DNA of 64,000 bases from positions 1 through 64,000 of the forward strand of contig CAWGJO010000033.1 of the NCBI GenBank assembly GCA_963822945.1, in the 5' to 3' direction. The position numbers were made by a program, and so were the translations under genes. A model generated the notes under the pieces. That model searched no databases, was not told where the DNA came from, and saw only the letters and a list, made by a program, of their open reading frames with translations. This document shows, piece by piece, positions 20,033 through 30,800 of this stretch. Source of the stretch: an uncultured Gemmatimonadaceae bacterium. GTDB lineage: Bacteria > Gemmatimonadota > Gemmatimonadetes > Gemmatimonadales > Gemmatimonadaceae. The first letter of the stretch is position 1; each line of letters opens with the position of its first letter.

Positions 20033-22623
20033 TGCGGTTCTACCGGCTGCTGCTGCACCTGTATCCGGCGTCGTTCCGGCGCGAGTTCGGCGCCGAGCTG
20101 CGCCAGGCGTTCGCCGAGCGGCGTGGCGGCGCGCACGGGGTGGCCGGCCACCTGTGGCTCTGGCTGGAAACGGTGCCGGAGGTGATCGGCAACGCGGCGG
20201 CCGTGCACTGGGACATTCTCCGGCAGGATCTTCGCTTCGCGCGGCGGTCTCTGACGCGCTCGTGGGGATTCGCCGCCACCGCGATCGTGGTGACGGCGCT
20301 CGGTGTGGGCGCCACGGCGGCCGCGTTCTCGGTGACCGACTTCGTGCTCGTCCGGCCGCTGCCCTTCCACCAGCCCGACCGGCTCGTGAAGGTGTGGGAG
20401 CGGCTCCCGGGCTATTACCACCTGGAGGTGTCGCCGGCCAACTTCGACGACTGGGCGCGCATGAACCGCTCGTTCGTGAGCATGGCGGCATACACGGGCC
20501 AGGCTGCCAACCTCGTGGCGCCCGAGGGACCGGAGCGCGTCCAGTGCGAACTGGTGACCCACGATCTGTTGTCGACGCTCGGCGTGGCGCCGCTGCTCGG
20601 CCGTGATTTCACGGCGGCCGACGACCGGGCCGGAGCGCCGGGCACGCTCCTGCTGGGCTACGGGTTCTGGCGCTCGCACTTCGGGGGAGACCCGGGCGTC
20701 ATCGGGCGCACCGTGCGGTTGGACGGCGAGGCGTACGAGGTGATCGGCGTCATGCCGGCCGACTTCCAGTTCCCCTCGCGCGACGTCCAACTCTGGATGC
20801 CGTTCCGGCTCAACAGGGCCGACGTGGGCTACCAGGATCGCACCAACTACTGGTTGGACGCGGTGGCGCGGCTCCGGCCCGGCGTGACGGTGGCCGAGGC
20901 CAACGCCGACATGCGTCTGGTGGCGTCGCGCCTCGAACAGCAGTACCCGGTGGCGAACAAGCAGACCACGGCCACCGTGCTGCGGCTGCGCGACGATCTC
21001 TCGCAGCAGTCCCGCATGCTGCTGCTCACGCTGTCGGCGGCGGCGCTCTGCATTCTGTTCATCGCCTGCGCCAATCTGGGCAATCTGCTGCTGGTGCGCG
21101 GCATGGCCCGGCGGCGCGAGCTGGCCGTGCGGACGGCCTTGGGCGCAGGCCGCGAGCGCCTGGTGCGGCAGATGCTCACCGAGACCCTGCTGCTCGTGGG
21201 GGCCGGGTGGCTGGCCGGCATCGCCGTCGGCGTGGCCGGCGTGCCGCTCATGGCGCGTCTGGTTCCGAACGTGCTGCCCGTAGCGGGCGTCCCGGCGGTG
21301 GATCCGCGGGTGCTCGCGTTCGCCGCGGCGCTGACACTGGCCACCAGTCTGATGTTCGCGGTGTTCCCGGCCTGGCGAGCTACGCGCCGGTCGGGCCTGG
21401 CGGCGCTGCGCGATGGGCGCGGCGCGGGCGGCGGGCGCACCGAGCGCGTGCGCGCCGTGCTGGTGACGTTCGAGGTGGCGGCGTCGGTGGTGCTGCTCAT
21501 CTCGACGGGCCTCCTCCTGCGCGCCGTGGCGCGCATCGACCAGGTGGATCCCGGCTTCCGGACCGACGGACTGTTGACGCTGCGCACGGCGCTGCCGATG
21601 CCCAAGTATGCCACCGTCGATTCGCGCGAGCGCTTCTACCGGTCGGTGCTGGACGCGACGACGGCGATTCCCGGGGTGACGAGCGCTGCCTACGTATCCT
21701 GGCTGCCCCTGGCCTGGGGTGGCGGCATCTGGCCGGTGGAGCTGCCCGGCGCGCCGGTCAATCGCGGGGCGTCGGGTTCGGCGAGCATCCGCTACGTCAC
21801 GCCGGGATACTTCTCCACCATGGGCATTGCCCGGCTTGCCGGCCGGGACGTGAACGACCACGACACGCAACGGTCGCCGTACGTGGCGGTGGTGAGCGAG
21901 TCGTTCGCCAGGAAGTACTGGCCCGACGGGCCGGCCGTGGGAAAGCGATTCACGATGGCGTTCGACGAGCGCGAGATCGTGGGGGTGGTGGCCGACATCA
22001 AGGTGCGCGGCCTCGACCGGCCGAGTGAACCGCAGGTGTACTTCCCGTCCACCCAGGTGGGGGACAGTTCGCTGTCGTTGTTCGCGCCCAAGGACCTGGC
22101 CATCCGCACGTCGCTGCCGGCGGCGGTCGTGCTCCCGGCGATTCGACGCATCGTGCACGCCGCCGACCCCGAACAGCCGATCTCGAACGTCCAACCGATT
22201 TCGGAGCTGGTGACGGCGCAGACGGCGTCGCGGCGGGCGCAGCTTCGCGTGCTGGGAATGCTCGCGGCGCTTGCATTCCTGCTGGCCGGCGTGGGGATCC
22301 ACGGCCTGCTGTCGTTCGCCGTGTCGCAGCGCGCCCAGGAGTTCGGGGTGCGCATGGCGCTCGGCGCGCGCGGCGCCGACGTGGTGGGCATGATCCTCCG
22401 GCGGGGCGTGGTGCTCGCCGTTGCGGGGATCGTTCCGGGACTGGCCGTCGCCTATCTGGCGGGTCGAGCCATGCAGGCCATGCTGTTCGGCGTTGCGCCG
22501 TACGATCCGGCGACATACGGGGCGGTGGTCACGATTTGTCTGGTGATGACGCTGGCCGGTTGTCTCGCGCCCGCCCGGCGCGCGGCGCGCGTGGACCCGA
22601 TGCGCGTGCTGCGGAGCGAATAG
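20032..22623 (+). CDS. Duplicated orphan ABC-type permease (ADOP; MacB-PCD/FtsX x2)
   Basis: QDLRFARRSL, IACANLGNL..RRRELAVRTALGAGR, EFGVRMALGA, PARRAARVDP; follows padR. Confidence 0.92.
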   Translation: MRFYRLLLHLYPASFRREFGAELRQAFAERRGGAHGVAGHLWLWLETVPEVIGNAAAVHWDILRQDLRFARRSLTRSWGFAATAIVVTALGVGATAAAFSVTDFVLVRPLPFHQPDRLVKVWERLPGYYHLEVSPANFDDWARMNRSFVSMAAYTGQAANLVAPEGPERVQCELVTHDLLSTLGVAPLLGRDFTAADDRAGAPGTLLLGYGFWRSHFGGDPGVIGRTVRLDGEAYEVIGVMPADFQFPSRDVQLWMPFRLNRADVGYQDRTNYWLDAVARLRPGVTVAEANADMRLVASRLEQQYPVANKQTTATVLRLRDDLSQQSRMLLLTLSAAALCILFIACANLGNLLLVRGMARRRELAVRTALGAGRERLVRQMLTETLLLVGAGWLAGIAVGVAGVPLMARLVPNVLPVAGVPAVDPRVLAFAAALTLATSLMFAVFPAWRATRRSGLAALRDGRGAGGGRTERVRAVLVTFEVAASVVLLISTGLLLRAVARIDQVDPGFRTDGLLTLRTALPMPKYATVDSRERFYRSVLDATTAIPGVTSAAYVSWLPLAWGGGIWPVELPGAPVNRGASGSASIRYVTPGYFSTMGIARLAGRDVNDHDTQRSPYVAVVSESFARKYWPDGPAVGKRFTMAFDEREIVGVVADIKVRGLDRPSEPQVYFPSTQVGDSSLSLFAPKDLAIRTSLPAAVVLPAIRRIVHAADPEQPISNVQPISELVTAQTASRRAQLRVLGMLAALAFLLAGVGIHGLLSFAVSQRAQEFGVRMALGARGADVVGMILRRGVVLAVAGIVPGLAVAYLAGRAMQAMLFGVAPYDPATYGAVVTICLVMTLAGCLAPARRAARVDPMRVLRSE

Positions 22624-22707
22624 CCGCTCACGCGCGCCCCGTTGACGCGGCGGCGATCCCCCGTCAGGCTCCTTCCATCGGGAACCAAACCGCAATCGGA
22701 GGGACTC

Positions 22708-22878
22708 ATGGCGAACAGGGGCAGCTTCACGCGCGTGGATGTCGCGAAGTCGGGCATCGGCTTCGGTACGGCGCTCGCGATCACCATCTCGTGGTCCGTT
22801 TCCCACTCGATCCTGTGGGCCATCATCCACGGCTTCTTCTCGTGGCTCTACGTGATCTACTACGCCCTGACCCGCTGA
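22708..22878 (+). CDS. Small (56 aa) membrane protein
   Basis: GGAGGG RBS; GIGFGTALAITISWS..SILWAIIHGFFSWLYVIYY; typical codon usage. Confidence 0.8.
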   Translation: MANRGSFTRVDVAKSGIGFGTALAITISWSVSHSILWAIIHGFFSWLYVIYYALTR

Positions 22879-22981
22879 TCCGGCCCAAACGCCCGGTCGT
22901 GCGGCGCGAGATGCGTTATCGTTCATGGAGTGGAGGCGCCGGGGGCCGGTGCCACGCTTTCATGTGAAGAGGGGACGTCGG

Positions 22982-23632
22982 ATGTCGAGCAGGCCGCAGT
23001 CGTTGGGGGAGGAGATCGCCAATTCCGTGAGTCACGGCGCCGGGTTCCTGGCCAGCGTGGCGGCACTGCCGCTGCTCGTGATGGCCGACGCGCGGCGTCA
23101 CGATCCGTGGCAGGTCGTCGCGGGCGCCGTGTATGCCAGTACGCTCATTCTGCTGTACGGCGCGTCCACGCTCTATCACGCCCTGCCCGCGCGGTCGCAC
23201 GCCAAGCATATACTGCGTGTGGTGGACCACGGGGCCATCTACCTGCTGATTGCCGGCACCTACACGCCGTTCGCGCTCGGCGCGCTGCGCGGGCCGTGGG
23301 GCTGGAGCCTGCTGGGCACCATCTGGGCGCTGGCGCTGGTGGGCATCGCCCTCAAGGCCGGCCTGGGGTTCCGCTATCCGCGGTTGTCCACGGCGGTCTA
23401 CCTGCTCATGGGATGGTTGGTGGTCGTCGCCGTCCGCCCGCTGGCGGTTGCCGTGGGGCCGGCGGGGCTGGCCTGGCTGTTCGCCGGCGGCGTTCTCTAC
23501 ACGGCCGGCGTGCTGTTCTACACCCGGCCGCGCATGCGGTACGCGCACCTCGTGTGGCACCTGTTCGTGCTCGGCGGCAGCGCGTGCCACCTGGTGGCCG
23601 TGGCCGGGTACGCGAGCGGGATCCCGCACTAG
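22982..23632 (+). CDS. Hemolysin III / PAQR family membrane protein (TrhA-like)
   Basis: EEIANSVSH, STLYH, DHGAIYLLIAGTYTP, HLVWHLFVL. Confidence 0.92.
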   Translation: MSSRPQSLGEEIANSVSHGAGFLASVAALPLLVMADARRHDPWQVVAGAVYASTLILLYGASTLYHALPARSHAKHILRVVDHGAIYLLIAGTYTPFALGALRGPWGWSLLGTIWALALVGIALKAGLGFRYPRLSTAVYLLMGWLVVVAVRPLAVAVGPAGLAWLFAGGVLYTAGVLFYTRPRMRYAHLVWHLFVLGGSACHLVAVAGYASGIPH

Positions 23633-23720
23633 CGCCGCCCACGTTGGTACACTCCGGGCGCGGCGCCGCCGATCGCCCGGTTCGACTCTCGAGCAACACC
23701 ACTATAACGGAGGAAGGTTC

Positions 23721-24149
23721 ATGGATAGAAAAGCGGATGCGCGTTGGGATGGCGGACTCAAGGGCGGCAAGGGAACGCTGAAGACCGGGTCGGGCGCCGT
23801 GAACGGTCCCTTTTCGTTCGCCAGCCGGTTCGAGTCGGGCACGGGCACCAATCCCGAGGAGCTGCTCGGGGCCGCGCATGCGGGGTGCTTCACGATGGCG
23901 CTCTCGGCGTCGCTGGAACGGGCCGGCCACACGGCCACCAGCGTCACCACCACGGCCACCGTCCACCTGACCAAGGGCGACGCCGGCTTCTCCATCAGCG
24001 GCATCGACCTCGTGACGCGCGGCGTGGTGCCCGGCGTGTCGGAGGCGGAGTTCCAGAAGTTCGCCGAGGAGACGAAGACCGGCTGTATCGTGTCGCGCGC
24101 GCTGTCGGCGGTGCCGATGACGCTCGACGCCAAGCTCGTCAGCGCCTGA
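23721..24149 (+). CDS. osmC: OsmC family peroxiredoxin
   Basis: GGAGG RBS; SRFESGTGTNPEELLGAAHAGCF..CIVSRAL. Confidence 0.93.
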   Translation: MDRKADARWDGGLKGGKGTLKTGSGAVNGPFSFASRFESGTGTNPEELLGAAHAGCFTMALSASLERAGHTATSVTTTATVHLTKGDAGFSISGIDLVTRGVVPGVSEAEFQKFAEETKTGCIVSRALSAVPMTLDAKLVSA

Positions 24150-24169
24150 GCGCGGGGGCGACGGTCGAG

Positions 24170-24913
24170 ATGGCAGACAAGGTGGTGGTGATCACCGGTG
24201 CCAGCGGCGGCATCGGGGCGTCGCTGGCCGAAACGCTGGCGGGCCCGAACGTCTCGCTGGTGCTGGTGGCGCGCCGCAAGCCGGAGTTGGAGGCGGTGGC
24301 GGCGCGCTGCGGCAGCGCGATGGCCATCGCCGCCGACGTGACCACGCGCGGCGAGGTGCAGCGCGTGGTGCGCGAGGCGCTCGCGCGATTCGGGCGCATC
24401 GACGTGTGGGTGAACAACGTGGGGCAGGGGATCACCCGCCCGCCGTCGCAGCTCACCGACGACGACGTGGACGACATGATGCGCACCAACGTCAAGTCGG
24501 CCCTGTACGGCATGCAGGAGGTGCTGCCGCACTTCAAGGAGCGCGGCAGCGGACAGGTCGTGAACGTGTCGTCGCTGCTCGGCCGGATTCCGTTCGCGAC
24601 GTTCCGCTCGGCGTACTGCGGCGCCAAGCACTTCCTGAACGCGCTCACGGCCACGTTTCGCGCCGAGGTGCAGGCCGAGTACCCGGGCATCCACGTCACG
24701 CTGGTGTCGCCGGGCGTGGTGCGGACCGATTTCGGATTGAACGCGCGGCACGGCGGCCCCGACTCGCGCACCTTCGGCGAGTCGCAGAGCGCCGAAGAGG
24801 TGGCGGCGGTGATTGCCGGCGTCATCGCGTCGCCGCGGCCCGACGTCTACACGCGGACCGGCGCGCACGATCGCATCGTGGCGTACTACGACCAGGTGGG
24901 CGTGGATCCGTGA
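24170..24913 (+). CDS. SDR family oxidoreductase
   Basis: TGASGGIG, DVWVNNVG, NVSS, YCGAK. Confidence 0.92.
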   Translation: MADKVVVITGASGGIGASLAETLAGPNVSLVLVARRKPELEAVAARCGSAMAIAADVTTRGEVQRVVREALARFGRIDVWVNNVGQGITRPPSQLTDDDVDDMMRTNVKSALYGMQEVLPHFKERGSGQVVNVSSLLGRIPFATFRSAYCGAKHFLNALTATFRAEVQAEYPGIHVTLVSPGVVRTDFGLNARHGGPDSRTFGESQSAEEVAAVIAGVIASPRPDVYTRTGAHDRIVAYYDQVGVDP

Positions 24914-25560
24914 GCCCCGCCCGCGGCGGCGCGGCGGCCAAGGGCGGGGGAGCGGGCGCGGAGATCCCGACCCTGCTGTTCCGCACGACGCGGGAGTGGG
25001 AGCGCTGGCTGGGCAAGCACGCCGGGTCGGCGGGCGTGTGGATGCGGATTGCCAAGAAGGCCGCCGCGCTCGAGTCGATCACCTATGCCGAAGCGCTCGA
25101 CGTGGCGCTCCGCCACGGGTGGATCGACAGCCAGAAGAAGCGGGGCGACGACGAATCGTTCCTGCAGAAGTTCACGCCGCGCGGGCCGCGGAGCGTGTGG
25201 TCGAAGGTGAATCGCGAGAAGGTGGAGCGGTTCATCACCGAGGGGGTGATGAAACCGGCCGGCCTGCGCGCCGTGGAGCAGGCGCGCGCCAACGGGCAGT
25301 GGGATCGCGCCTACGATTCCCACGCCACGGCCACGGTGCCCGACGATCTCGAGGCAGCGCTCCGGCGCAACCGGAAGGCGCGCGAGTTCTTCGCCACGCT
25401 CAGCAGTACCAACCGCTACGCGATTCTCTGGCGGTTGCAGACGGCCGTACGCGCCGAGACGCGGGCCCGGCGGCTGGAGCAATTCGTCGCCATGTTGGCC
25501 GCGGGAAAGACGCTGCACCCCGAGCCGGCGCGGGGCAAGCGGAAGACGGGAAGGGGGTAG
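24910..25560 (+). CDS. YdeI/OmpD-associated family protein
   Basis: ITYAEALDVAL..GWIDS, FTPRGPRSVWSKVN, VPDDL, ETRARRL. Confidence 0.88.
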   Translation: MSPARGGAAAKGGGAGAEIPTLLFRTTREWERWLGKHAGSAGVWMRIAKKAAALESITYAEALDVALRHGWIDSQKKRGDDESFLQKFTPRGPRSVWSKVNREKVERFITEGVMKPAGLRAVEQARANGQWDRAYDSHATATVPDDLEAALRRNRKAREFFATLSSTNRYAILWRLQTAVRAETRARRLEQFVAMLAAGKTLHPEPARGKRKTGRG

Positions 25561-25601
25561 CGCCGCACTGTTGGATCACCACGCACCCGGGAGGTCACGC
25601 C

Positions 25602-26015
25602 ATGATTCAGATTCAGGTCGTCCCGCGCACCGGTGTGAATGCGTACGCGTTGCTGCGCAGCAAGGTCATCCACGAGGCCGCCACCTGGGATTGGGCCAAC
25701 AAGAAGAAGTCGCGGCTCAAGCACATCCAGTCGGACGGGCACATCGAGGTGGCGAACGCGGGGGGCGTGGTCGTCGCCCAGGTGGTACCCAAGGCGCCCC
25801 GCGACCTGTTCTATCTGGCCGAGAAGTTCATGGGGCGGCTGGTGGCCTGGTTCGCCGACGACCTGGCGTCGATCAACGTCCAGTTCCTGGCCGATCCGCC
25901 CGCCAGGCGGCCCAAGCGCCGGGCGGCGGCCAAGCGCCGGGCCGCTCCCAAGCGCCGGGCCGCTCCCAAGCGCCGGAAGACCACCAAGCGTAGCGCGGGC
26001 AAACGGCGCCGGTAG
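25602..26015 (+). CDS. Hypothetical protein with histone-H1-like basic tail
   Basis: GGGAGG RBS; ~97-aa globular part then KRRAAA/KRRAAP repeats. Confidence 0.75.
   Translation: MIQIQVVPRTGVNAYALLRSKVIHEAATWDWANKKKSRLKHIQSDGHIEVANAGGVVVAQVVPKAPRDLFYLAEKFMGRLVAWFADDLASINVQFLADPPARRPKRRAAAKRRAAPKRRAAPKRRKTTKRSAGKRRR
25912..25990 (+). repeat. 18-bp in-frame tandem repeat (about 4.5 units)
   Basis: CCAAGCG at 25912, 25930, 25948, 25966 and 25984. Confidence 0.9.
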
Positions 26016-26025
26016 ATTGCGGGGC

Positions 26026-26382
26026 ATGGACCGGAAAGAAGCCACCCGGGCGTACAAGGAAGCCCGCCGCCCCATGGGCGTGTACCAGATTCGCAACGCC
26101 GTGAGCGGCAAGGCGTACATCGGCACCAGCGTCGACCTCCCATCGATGCTCAACCGGCAGCGCGCCCAGCTCCGCTTCGGCGCCCACGCCGACCGCGCGC
26201 TCCAGGCCGACTGGAACGCGCTCGGCGACGGGGCGTTCACGTTCGACGTGCTCGACACCCTCGATCCGCCCGATGAGCCCGGCTACGATCCGGCCGACGA
26301 CCTGCGGACCCTCGAGGAACTCTGGCGGGGCAAGCTGGCCGACGCCGGCACCGAGGCCTACAACCCGCCGCGCCGCCGATAA
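26026..26382 (+). CDS. Stand-alone GIY-YIG nuclease family protein
   Basis: GVYQIRN..KAYIG..NR..H..LQADWN..FTFDVL. Confidence 0.85.
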   Translation: MDRKEATRAYKEARRPMGVYQIRNAVSGKAYIGTSVDLPSMLNRQRAQLRFGAHADRALQADWNALGDGAFTFDVLDTLDPPDEPGYDPADDLRTLEELWRGKLADAGTEAYNPPRRR

Positions 26383-26585
26383 CCAGCTCCGGAACCGGCC
26401 CTTCACCCCGTTTCCGCCCGCCCATTGGGGCACCCCGGGACCCGGCGGAATTTTCTAACGTCTCGGGGGGTTGGGCCGTATGAAAGGACGGAGGATCGGA
26501 CCGGTCGGGTCGATTCCCGCGCGGCGGCGGGTTCGGCGCGCCGCGTCCTGCTATTTTTCGGCCCTCACCCTCGGCTCCAGGCTCG

Positions 26586-27872
26586 ATGCTTTCTCTGCAG
26601 CAATCTTGGCGCGGCATCCGCGCTTTCCCGGCGCTGTGCGCCGTGCTCGTTGTCGCGTCCGGCTGCTCCAAGCCTCAGGAACGCCCCGCCCGCCCCCCGG
26701 TCACGGTGGCCGTGTCCGTCGCGCGCCGGGCCGACGTGCCCTACTTCATCGACGCCAACGGCGTGGTGACGCCCATCCAATCGGCGGCGGTCTCGTCGCA
26801 GGTGGACGGCATCGTGACGCGCGTGGCCTTCCGGGAAGGACAGGAGGTGACCAAGGGGCAGGTGCTCTTCCAGGTGGATCCGCGCCCCTACGAGAACGCC
26901 TACGAGCAGGCGCTGGCCGCCTTCGAGCGCGACTCGGCCACGGCCGCCAACGCGGCCGCCCAGCGCGACCGGTACCGTAAACTGGTGGCGGCCCAGGTGA
27001 TCACGCCCGAAGAGGCGCAGCAGTACGAGACCACCGCCGCCACCACCGCGGCAGTGCTCCGTGCCGATCAGGCCAGCGTTTCCACCGCGAAGTTCAACCT
27101 CGACAACACCAGCATCCGCGCCCCGATTGCCGGCAAGACGGGTGGCGTGCTGGTGCGCGTGGGCAATCTGGTGCGGTCGGGGAGCGGCCCCCTCGTGGTG
27201 ATCAACCAGATCCGCCCGATCACGGTGCGCTTCTCGGTGCCGTCGTCCGAACTGCCCAAGCTGCTGCGGTACGCTCCCAACGGCGGCCTGCCGGTGACGG
27301 CGGTGCCGGGTGGGGGTTCGGCCGCTTCGGCGGCGATGGATTCCGCCGGCCAGGCCGCGGCGATGCCCGAGTCGTCTCCGCTGGCCGAAGCGGTGGCGGC
27401 CGCCGCGGGCAACGGCACCGAGCCCGAGCGGGGAACGCTGAGCTTCATCGACAACGCGGTGGACACGACCACCGGCACGGTGCAGCTCAAGGCCACCTTC
27501 GACAATCGGGACGGCGATCTGTGGGCCGGGCAGTTCGCATCGATGCGCATGCGGTTGTACGTGGAGAAGGACGCGCTGGTGATTCCGGCGCAGGCGGTGG
27601 TGAGCGGGCAGAAGGGCACGTACGTGTACACGCTCGATGCGCAGAGCAAGGCCCAGCAGCACCAGGTGGTGGTGGAGCGCACGTCGGACAATCTCGCGGT
27701 GATCTCGGCCGGCGTTGCGGAAGGCGACCGGGTGGTGACCGAAGGGCAGTCGCGGCTCACGCCGGGCGCGACGGCAAGCCTGCGGGCGGTGGGCGATCCG
27801 CCGGCGGGCAGCACTTCGGCGCAGGGCGCACGGCGCGGCGGGAACGGTGGGAGAACGGCCGGCAAGCGGTAA
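26586..27872 (+). CDS. RND efflux periplasmic adaptor (MdtA-like lipoprotein)
   Basis: VASGC lipobox, EGQEVTKGQVLFQVDPRPY, IRAPIAG, FIDNAVDTTTGT. Confidence 0.92.
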   Translation: MLSLQQSWRGIRAFPALCAVLVVASGCSKPQERPARPPVTVAVSVARRADVPYFIDANGVVTPIQSAAVSSQVDGIVTRVAFREGQEVTKGQVLFQVDPRPYENAYEQALAAFERDSATAANAAAQRDRYRKLVAAQVITPEEAQQYETTAATTAAVLRADQASVSTAKFNLDNTSIRAPIAGKTGGVLVRVGNLVRSGSGPLVVINQIRPITVRFSVPSSELPKLLRYAPNGGLPVTAVPGGGSAASAAMDSAGQAAAMPESSPLAEAVAAAAGNGTEPERGTLSFIDNAVDTTTGTVQLKATFDNRDGDLWAGQFASMRMRLYVEKDALVIPAQAVVSGQKGTYVYTLDAQSKAQQHQVVVERTSDNLAVISAGVAEGDRVVTEGQSRLTPGATASLRAVGDPPAGSTSAQGARRGGNGGRTAGKR

Positions 27873-27873
27873 G

Positions 27874-30800
27874 ATGAGCCTCACGGGGCTCTTCATCCGG
27901 CGGCCGGTCATGACGACGTTGCTCATGATCGGCATCGTCGTGTTCGGCGTCTTCTCCTACCGGCAGCTGCCGGTGAGCGACCTCCCGATCACCGACTCGC
28001 CGAGCATCGGCGTGGGCGCCAGGCTGCCGGGCGCGAGCCCCGAGACGATGGCGGCCACGGTGGCCACGCCGCTGGAGAAGGCCTTCAGCGCGGTCGCCGG
28101 CATCGACGAGATCACGTCGAGAAGCTCGCTCGGCTCCACCAACATCAGCCTCACCTTCTCGCCCGATCGCGACATCGACGCGGCGGCGCAGGACGTGAAC
28201 GCGGCCATCTCGCAGGCCATGGCGGCGCTGCCGGCGGGCATTCACCCGCCGTCGATGTACAAGCACAACCAGGCGGCGGCGCCGATCCTGTTCATGGCGC
28301 TCACGTCGGCCGACCTGCCGCTGCAGACGGTGGACGAGTTCGCGGAAACCGACATCGCGCAGCGGCTGTCGATGGTGGACGGTGTGGCCGAGGTGCAGGT
28401 GTGGGGCTCGGCGAAGTACGCGGTGCGGGTGGACGTCGATCCGATGAAGCTCGCGGCCCGGCACATCGGCGTGTCGCAGGTGGCGCAGGCCATCCGCAAC
28501 AACAACGTGATGCTGCCCACCGGCGTGCTGTACGGCAAGAACCGGACGCTCACCGTCAACGCCACCGGGCAGCTCACCGACGCCGCGCAGTTCCGGCGGC
28601 TGATCATCGCCTATCGCAACGGCGGTGCGGTGCGCCTGGGCGACGTGGCCACGGTGCGCGACGACATCGAGAACAACAAGGGCGCCAGCTGGTACAACGA
28701 CGAGCGCGCGATCGGCCTGGCCGTGATGCGGCAGCCGGGCGTGAACACCGTCGAGGTGGCCGACGCCGTGAAGGCCGAGCTGGCCGAGATCGAGAAGGGG
28801 CTGCCGCAGGATGTGAAGGTCATCATCCAGTTCGACCGCTCGGTGTCGATCCAGCACTCGGTGCACGACGTGAAGTTCTCGCTCATCGTGTCGCTGTGCC
28901 TCGTGGTGATGGTGATCTTCCTGTTCCTGCGCAACATCGTCGCCACGATGATCCCGACCCTCACGCTGCCGATGTCGATCATCGGCACGTTCTCGATCAT
29001 GGCGTTGCTGAACTTCAGCGTGGACAACCTGTCGCTGATGGCGCTGACGCTGGCGGTCGGCTTCGTGGTGGACGACGCGATCGTGATGCTCGAGAACATC
29101 GTGCGCCATCTGGAGATGGGAAAGCCGCCCATGCGGGCGGCGCTCGAGGGCTCCAGGGAAGTGGGGTTCACCATCCTCTCGATGACGCTGTCGCTGTCGG
29201 CGGTGTTCATCCCGCTGATGTTCATGGGCGGGCAGATCGGGCGGCTGTTCAAGGAGTTCGCGGTCACGATCTCGGTGGCCATTCTGGTGTCGGGCTTCGT
29301 GTCGCTGACGCTCACGCCCATGCTGTGCAGCCGGCTGCTCAAGGCCAAGAGCGAGCAGAAGCACGGGCGGTGGTTCAACGCCACCGAACGGGCCTTCCAG
29401 CGCACGCTGCACGCGTACGAGCGGAGCCTGGCCTGGGTGATGGAACACCGGCCGTACGCGCTGGCGTTCTCGGCGCTGGTGCTGGTGCTCACCGGCGTGC
29501 TGTTCACGGTCATCCCCAAGGGGCTGTTCCCGCCCGACGACACGGGCCAGTTGGACGGGACCACCGAGGCGGCGCAGGGCACGTCGTATCCCGAGATGCT
29601 GCGCCTGCAGAAGATCGCCATGGCGCGGCTGAGGACCGACACGAACATCGTGTCGTTCCGGTCGTCGATCGGGGGCGGGTTCGGGTCGTCCAACCAGGGC
29701 CGGCTGAGCGTGACGCTCAAGCCCCAGGGGCAGCGCCCGTCGGCCGACGCCATGGTGACCGAGCTGACCGAGCTGGAGTCCGGGATCCCCGGGCTCGCCG
29801 TGTACTTCCAGAACCCGCCCGCCATCCGCATCGGCGGGCGCTCGGCCAAGAGCCAGTACCAGTTCACGCTGCAGGGCAGCGACATCGACACGCTGTACGC
29901 CGAGGCCGGCAAGCTGATGGCGCGGCTCGAGAAGCTGCCCCAGCTCAGCGGGGTGACGTCGGACCTGGCCAACCGGGCGCCCATCCTGCGCGTGCACATC
30001 GACCGCCAGCGGGCGCTCTCGCTCGGCGTGACGCCGGCGTCCATCGAGCGGGCCCTGGCCGACGCCTACAACGAACAGCAGGTCTCGACCATCTACACGC
30101 CGACCAACGAGTACTGGGTGGTGATGGAGACCGTGCCGAGCGCGCAGGCCGACGCCAACGCGCTGTCGCGCTTCTTCGTGCCCGGCTCCGCGGGGCGCAT
30201 GATCCCGCTGTCCGACGTCGCCTACTTCGAGCACACCGTGGGGCCGCTGAGCGTGGCCCACTCGGGGCAGATGGCGTCGGTGACGATCTCGTTCAACCTC
30301 GCGCCCGGCATGTCACTGGGCGCGGCGGTGGATCTGGTGAACCGGGTGGCGCGGACCACGCTGCCGGCCGGGATCACCGCCCGCTTCAACGGCGCCGCCC
30401 AGGCGTTCGAGGCGTCGCAGCAGGGCATGGGGCTCATGCTGCTGATCACCGTGTTCATCATCTACATCATTCTCGGCATTCTCTACGAGAGCTTCATCCA
30501 TCCGATCACCATTCTCACCGGGCTGCCGTTCGCGGCCTTCGGGGCGCTGCTGGCGCTCTGGGTGACGCACGTGGAGCTCGGCGTGTACGGCTACGTGGGG
30601 ATCATCATGCTCGTGGGCATCGTGAAGAAGAACGCGATCATGATGATCGACTTCGCGATCGCCGCCGAGCGCGATCAGCACCTGACGCCGGCGCAGGCCA
30701 TCGTGCACGCGGCCAGCGTCCGCTTCCGTCCGATCATGATGACCACGGTCTCGGCCATCGCCAGCACGCTGCCCATCGCCATCGGCGTGGGCGCCAGCGC

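Noticed and set aside
26026..26382. Homing endonuclease or intron
   Set aside because: Short stand-alone GIY-YIG domain with host-like codon usage; no interrupted gene or intron structure
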